A DNA stretch of 64,000 nucleotides from Macrostomum lignano. Its lineage: Eukaryota. The position numbers were made by a program, and so were the translations under genes. The stretch covers positions 315,295-379,294 of the forward strand of contig NIVC01000652.1 of assembly GCA_002269645.1 (NCBI GenBank), written 5' to 3'. Of the stretch, positions 58,201 to 64,000 are shown piece after piece. A model generated the notes under the pieces. The model ran no database searches. It saw only the letters and a list, made by a program, of their open reading frames with translations, and was not told where the DNA came from. The first letter of the stretch is position 1, and each line of letters opens with the position of its first letter.

Positions 58201-61200
58201 GTCAGCAATGCTTCCTGCCGGGCACTGGGTGCATGCCGAAGAGCCGACAGTTGAGATTGTTCCAGGCTCGCAGTTCGTACACGCGGCCGCGCCTTTACCG
58301 CTCCACGTGCCTGCAGGACACGGTTTAGCGCTTGTCGAGCCAGTCTTGTCGACGAATGATCCCGGTGGACTCGGTGTACACTTGCTAGATCCGGCGATCG
58401 CAAACGTTCCCGCCTTGCACTTGGTCGGCTCGGAGGCGCCGTTGGTACACACGCTTCCAGCAGGACACTTGGTGCATTCCTTGGACCCCTTCTTGTTGGC
58501 GAAGCTACCCGGTGGACACTTAGTGCAGGCGCTTAACCCGGCTCGGTCAGCAATGCTTCCTGCCGGGCACTGGGTGCATGCCGAAGAGCCGACAGTTGAG
58601 ATTGTTCCAGGCTCGCAGTTCGTACACGCGGCCGCGCCTTTACCGCTCCACGTGCCTGCAGGACACGGTTTAGCGCTTGTCGAGCCAGTCTTGTCGACGA
58701 ATGATCCCGGTGGACTCGGTGTACACTTGCTAGATCCGGCGATCGCAAACGTTCCCGCCTTGCACTTGGTCGGCTCGGAGGCGCCGTTGGTACACACGCT
58801 TCCAGCAGGACACTTGGTGCATTCCTTGGACCCCTTCTTGTTGGCGAAGCTACCCGGTGGACACTTAGTGCAGGCGCTTAACCCGGCTCGGTCAGCAATG
58901 CTTCCTGCCGGGCACTGGGTGCATGCCGAAGAGCCGACAGTTGAGATTGTTCCAGGCTCGCAGTTCGTACACGCGGCCGCGCCTTTACCGCTCCACGTGC
59001 CTGCAGGACACGGTTTAGCGCTTGTCGAGCCAGTCTTGTCGACGAATGATCCCGGTGGACTCGGTGTACACTTGCTAGATCCGGCGATCGCAAACGTTCC
59101 CGCCTTGCACTTGGTCGGCTCGGAGGCGCCGTTGGTACACACGCTTCCAGCAGGACACTTGGTGCATTCCTTGGACCCCTTCTTGTTGGCGAAGCTACCC
59201 GGTGGACACTTAGTGCAGGCGCTTAACCCGGCTCGGTCAGCAATGCTTCCTGCCGGGCACTGGGTGCATGCCGAAGAGCCGACAGTTGAGATTGTTCCAG
59301 GCTCGCAGTTCGTACACGCGGCCGCGCCTTTACCGCTCCACGTGCCTGCAGGACACGGTTTAGCGCTTGTCGAGCCAGTCTTGTCGACGAATGATCCCGG
59401 TGGACTCGGTGTACACTTGCTAGATCCGGCGATCGCAAACGTTCCCGCCTTGCACTTGGTCGGCTCGGAGGCGCCGTTGGTACACACGCTTCCAGCAGGA
59501 CACTTGGTGCATTCCTTGGACCCCTTCTTGTTGGCGAAGCTACCCGGTGGACACTTAGTGCAGGCGCTTAACCCGGCTCGGTCAGCAATGCTTCCTGCCG
59601 GGCACTGGGTGCATGCCGAAGAGCCGACAGTTGAGATTGTTCCAGGCTCGCAGTTCGTACACGCGGCCGCGCCTTTACCGCTCCACGTGCCTGCAGGACA
59701 CGGTTTAGCGCTTGTCGAGCCAGTCTTGTCGACGAATGATCCCGGTGGACTCGGTGTACACTTGCTAGATCCGGCGATCGCAAACGTTCCCGCCTTGCAC
59801 TTGGTCGGCTCGGAGGCGCCGTTGGTACACACGCTTCCAGCAGGACACTTGGTGCATTCCTTGGACCCCTTCTTGTTGGCGAAGCTACCCGGTGGACACT
59901 TAGTGCAGGCGCTTAACCCGGCTCGGTCAGCAATGCTTCCTGCCGGGCACTGGGTGCATGCCGAAGAGCCGACAGTTGAGATTGTTCCAGGCTCGCAGTT
60001 CGTACACGCGGCCGCGCCTTTACCGCTCCACGTGCCTGCAGGACACGGTTTAGCGCTTGTCGAGCCAGTCTTGTCGACGAATGATCCCGGTGGACTCGGT
60101 GTACACTTGCTAGATCCGGCGATCGCAAACGTTCCCGCCTTGCACTTGGTCGGCTCGGAGGCGCCGTTGGTACACACGCTTCCAGCAGGACACTTGGTGC
60201 ATTCCTTGGACCCCTTCTTGTTGGCGAAGCTACCCGGTGGACACTTAGTGCAGGCGCTTAACCCGGCTCGGTCAGCAATGCTTCCTGCCGGGCACTGGGT
60301 GCATGCCGAAGAGCCGACAGTTGAGATTGTTCCAGGCTCGCAGTTCGTACACGCGGCCGCGCCTTTACCGCTCCACGTGCCTGCAGGACACGGTTTAGCG
60401 CTTGTCGAGCCAGTCTTGTCGACGAATGATCCCGGTGGACTCGGTGTACACTTGCTAGATCCGGCGATCGCAAACGTTCCCGCCTTGCACTTGGTCGGCT
60501 CGGAGGCGCCGTTGGTACACACGCTTCCAGCAGGACACTTGGTGCATTCCTTGGACCCCTTCTTGTTGGCGAAGCTACCCGGTGGACACTTAGTGCAGGC
60601 GCTTAACCCGGCTCGGTCAGCAATGCTTCCTGCCGGGCACTGGGTGCATGCCGAAGAGCCGACAGTTGAGATTGTTCCAGGCTCGCAGTTCGTACACGCG
60701 GCCGCGCCTTTACCGCTCCACGTGCCTGCAGGACACGGTTTAGCGCTTGTCGAGCCAGTCTTGTCGACGAATGATCCCGGTGGACTCGGTGTACACTTGC
60801 TAGATCCGGCGATCGCAAACGTTCCCGCCTTGCACTTGGTCGGCTCGGAGGCGCCGTTGGTACACACGCTTCCAGCAGGACACTTGGTGCATTCCTTGGA
60901 CCCCTTCTTGTTGGCGAAGCTACCCGGTGGACACTTAGTGCAGGCGCTTAACCCGGCTCGGTCAGCAATGCTTCCTGCCGGGCACTGGGTGCATGCCGAA
61001 GAGCCGACAGTTGAGATTGTTCCAGGCTCGCAGTTCGTACACGCGGCCGCGCCTTTACCGCTCCACGTGCCTGCAGGACACGGTTTAGCGCTTGTCGAGC
61101 CAGTCTTGTCGACGAATGATCCCGGTGGACTCGGTGTACACTTGCTAGATCCGGCGATCGCAAACGTTCCCGCCTTGCACTTGGTCGGCTCGGAGGCGCC

Positions 61201-64000
61201 GTTGGTACACACGCTTCCAGCAGGACACTTGGTGCATTCCTTGGACCCCTTCTTGTTGGCGAAGCTACCCGGTGGACACTTAGTGCAGGCGCTTAACCCG
61301 GCTCGGTCAGCAATGCTTCCTGCCGGGCACTGGGTGCATGCCGAAGAGCCGACAGTTGAGATTGTTCCAGGCTCGCAGTTCGTACACGCGGCCGCGCCTT
61401 TACCGCTCCACGTGCCTGCAGGACACGGTTTAGCGCTTGTCGAGCCAGTCTTGTCGACGAATGATCCCGGTGGACTCGGTGTACACTTGCTAGATCCGGC
61501 GATCGCAAACGTTCCCGCCTTGCACTTGGTCGGCTCGGAGGCGCCGTTGGTACACACGCTTCCAGCAGGACACTTGGTGCATTCCTTGGACCCCTTCTTG
61601 TTGGCGAAGCTACCCGGTGGACACTTAGTGCAGGCGCTTAACCCGGCTCGGTCAGCAATGCTTCCTGCCGGGCACTGGGTGCATGCCGAAGAGCCGACAG
61701 TTGAGATTGTTCCAGGCTCGCAGTTCGTACACGCGGCCGCGCCTTTACCGCTCCACGTGCCTGCAGGACACGGTTTAGCGCTTGTCGAGCCAGTCTTGTC
61801 GACGAATGATCCCGGTGGACTCGGTGTACACTTGCTAGATCCGGCGATCGCAAACGTTCCCGCCTTGCACTTGGTCGGCTCGGAGGCGCCGTTGGTACAC
61901 ACGCTTCCAGCAGGACACTTGGTGCATTCCTTGGACCCCTTCTTGTTGGCGAAGCTACCCGGTGGACACTTAGTGCAGGCGCTTAACCCGGCTCGGTCAG
62001 CAATGCTTCCTGCCGGGCACTGGGTGCATGCCGAAGAGCCGACAGTTGAGATTGTTCCAGGCTCGCAGTTCGTACACGCGGCCGCGCCTTTACCGCTCCA
62101 CGTGCCTGCAGGACACGGTTTAGCGCTTGTCGAGCCAGTCTTGTCGACGAATGATCCCGGTGGACTCGGTGTACACTTGCTAGATCCGGCGATCGCAAAC
62201 GTTCCCGCCTTGCACTTGGTCGGCTCGGAGGCGCCGTTGGTACACACGCTTCCAGCAGGACACTTGGTGCATTCCTTGGACCCCTTCTTGTTGGCGAAGC
62301 TACCCGGTGGACACTTAGTGCAGGCGCTTAACCCGGCTCGGTCAGCAATGCTTCCTGCCGGGCACTGGGTGCATGCCGAAGAGCCGACAGTTGAGATTGT
62401 TCCAGGCTCGCAGTTCGTACACGCGGCCGCGCCTTTACCGCTCCACACGTGCCTGCAGGACACGGTTTAGCGCTTGTCGAGCCAGTCTTGTCGACGAATG
62501 ATCCCGGTGGACTCGGTGTACACTTGCTAGATCCGGCGATCGCAAACGTTCCCGCCTTGCACTTGGTCGGCTCGGAGGCGCCGTTGGTACACACGCTTCC
62601 AGCAGGACACTTGGTGCATTCCTTGGACCCCTTCTTGTTGGCGAAGCTACCGGTGGACACTTAGTGCAGGCGCTTAACCCGGCTCGGTCAGCAATGCTTC
62701 CTGCCGGGCACTGGGTGCATGCCGAAGAGCCGACAGTTGAGATTGTTCCAGGCTCGCAGTTCGTACACGCGGCCGCGCCTTTACCGCTCCACGTGCCTGC
62801 AGGACACGGTTTAGCGCTTGTCGAGCCAGTCTTGTCGACGAATGATCCCGGTGGACTCGGTGTACACTTGCTAGATCCGGCGATCGCAAACGTTCCCGCC
62901 TTGCACTTGGTCGGCTCGGAGGCGCCGTTGGTACACACGCTTCCAGCAGGACACTTGGTGCATTCCTTGGACCCCTTCTTGTTGGCGAAGCTACCCGGTG
63001 GACACTTAGTGCAGGCGCTTAACCCGGTCGGTCAGCAATGCTTCCTGCCGGGCACTGGGTGCATGCCGAAGAGCCGACAGTTGAGATTGTTCCAGGCTCG
63101 CAGTTCGTACACGCGGCCGCGCCTTTACCGCTCCACGTGCCTGCAGGACACGGTTTAGCGCTTGTCGAGCCAGTCTTGTCGACGAATGATCCCGGTGGAC
63201 TCGGTGTACACTTGCTAGATCCGGCGATCGCAAACGTTCCCGCCTTGCACTTGGTCGGCTCGGAGGCGCCGTTGGTACACACGCTTCCAGCAGGACACTT
63301 GGTGCATTCCTTGGACCCCTTCTTGTTGGCGAAGCTACCCGGTGGACACTTAGTGCAGGCGCTTAACCCGGCTCGGTCAGCAATGCTTCCTGCCGGGCAC
63401 TGGGTGCATGCCGAAGAGCCGACAGTTGAGATTGTTCCAGGCTCGCAGTTCGTACACGCGGCCGCGCCTTTACCGCTCCACGTGCCTGCAGGACACGGTT
63501 TAGCGCTTGTCGAGCCAGTCTTGTCGACGAATGATCCCGGTGGACTCGGTGTACACTTGCTAGATCCGGCGATCGCAAACGTTCCCGCCTTGCACTTGGT
63601 CGGCTCGGAGGCGCCGTTGGTACACACGCTTCCAGCAGGACACTTGGTGCATTCCTTGGACCCCTTCTTGTTGGCGAAGCTACCCGGTGGACACTTAGTG
63701 CAGGCGCTTAACCCGGCTCGGTCAGCAATGCTTCCTGCGGGCACTGGGTGCATGCCGTTATGCCACTCGTGCTGTAAGAGCTGAATGTTCCTGGGTTGCA
63801 GACAATGCAGTTTTGATTTCCTTCTTGGTATTTGTAGCTTCCAGCAGGGCATGGCACGCAGAGGTTACTTGTTGTCACGCTTTTTTTGATGGCCTACGGG
63901 ACACCTTGGTATACAGTCATATCTTTGGCTACCTTTTTTATCATCAAAGTTGGTGATTTGATTTTGACGTTGCGACACTCTTTGCAGGCCATACTGTCGT
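52207..64000 (-). CDS. Giant exon of a cysteine-rich repeat protein (CxxC-x-P/A-G repeats, ephrin-receptor-like/GCC2-GCC3 type); starts outside the window; scattered 1-2-bp indels
   Basis: Minus-strand frames encode continuous C-x2-C-x-(P/A)G modules through the array and through unique flanking sequence on both sides (NLCVPCPAGSYKYQEG at about 63800-63860; CSLCRVGQY...CDECPEF at 52210-52500). The exon ends at a TATG|GTGAGC donor at 52206. Confidence 0.8.
52943..63755 (-). repeat. 345-bp coding tandem repeat, about 31 copies (115 aa each)
   Basis: ORF-track period of 345 bp; 12 Cys and 7 internal sub-modules per unit. Confidence 0.97.

Noticed and set aside
53135-63784. Plus-strand frame is also open through the 345-bp array (up to 1535 aa)
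   Set aside because: One stop-free antisense frame in a single unit is automatically multiplied by the repeat. It does not extend meaningfully into unique flanks and has no domain signature.

Overview
Eukaryotic (animal) genomic DNA with GT-AG introns. The GC-rich codons, (GACA/CTGT)n tracts and a different minisatellite in almost every intron or spacer resemble a free-living flatworm such as Macrostomum (an inference, not a database match). There are three zones. (1) 1-17 kb is an AT-rich transposon graveyard: nested MITEs with recognisable TSDs, a very young Penelope-like retroelement (RT + GIY-YIG) carrying an inverted plus a tandem pseudo-LTR and three hammerhead ribozyme motifs, and a D,D34D mariner with one nonsense codon. 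(2) 17-46 kb holds six consecutive + strand housekeeping genes (ZDHHC17, RPP25L, GBE1, MFSD9, DHPS, SNAP29) arranged like a trans-spliced operon. MFSD9 has no plausible start codon of its own and may take its AUG from the spliced leader. (3) 47-64 kb holds a complete Chapaev-type DNA transposon (CAC...GTG ends, 4-bp TSD) whose transposase has RAG1-like motifs along its length, a 120-bp satellite, and the 3' part of a giant minus-strand Cys-rich protein gene made of about 31 near-identical 345-bp repeats. All coordinates, splice sites and motif matches were read by eye.
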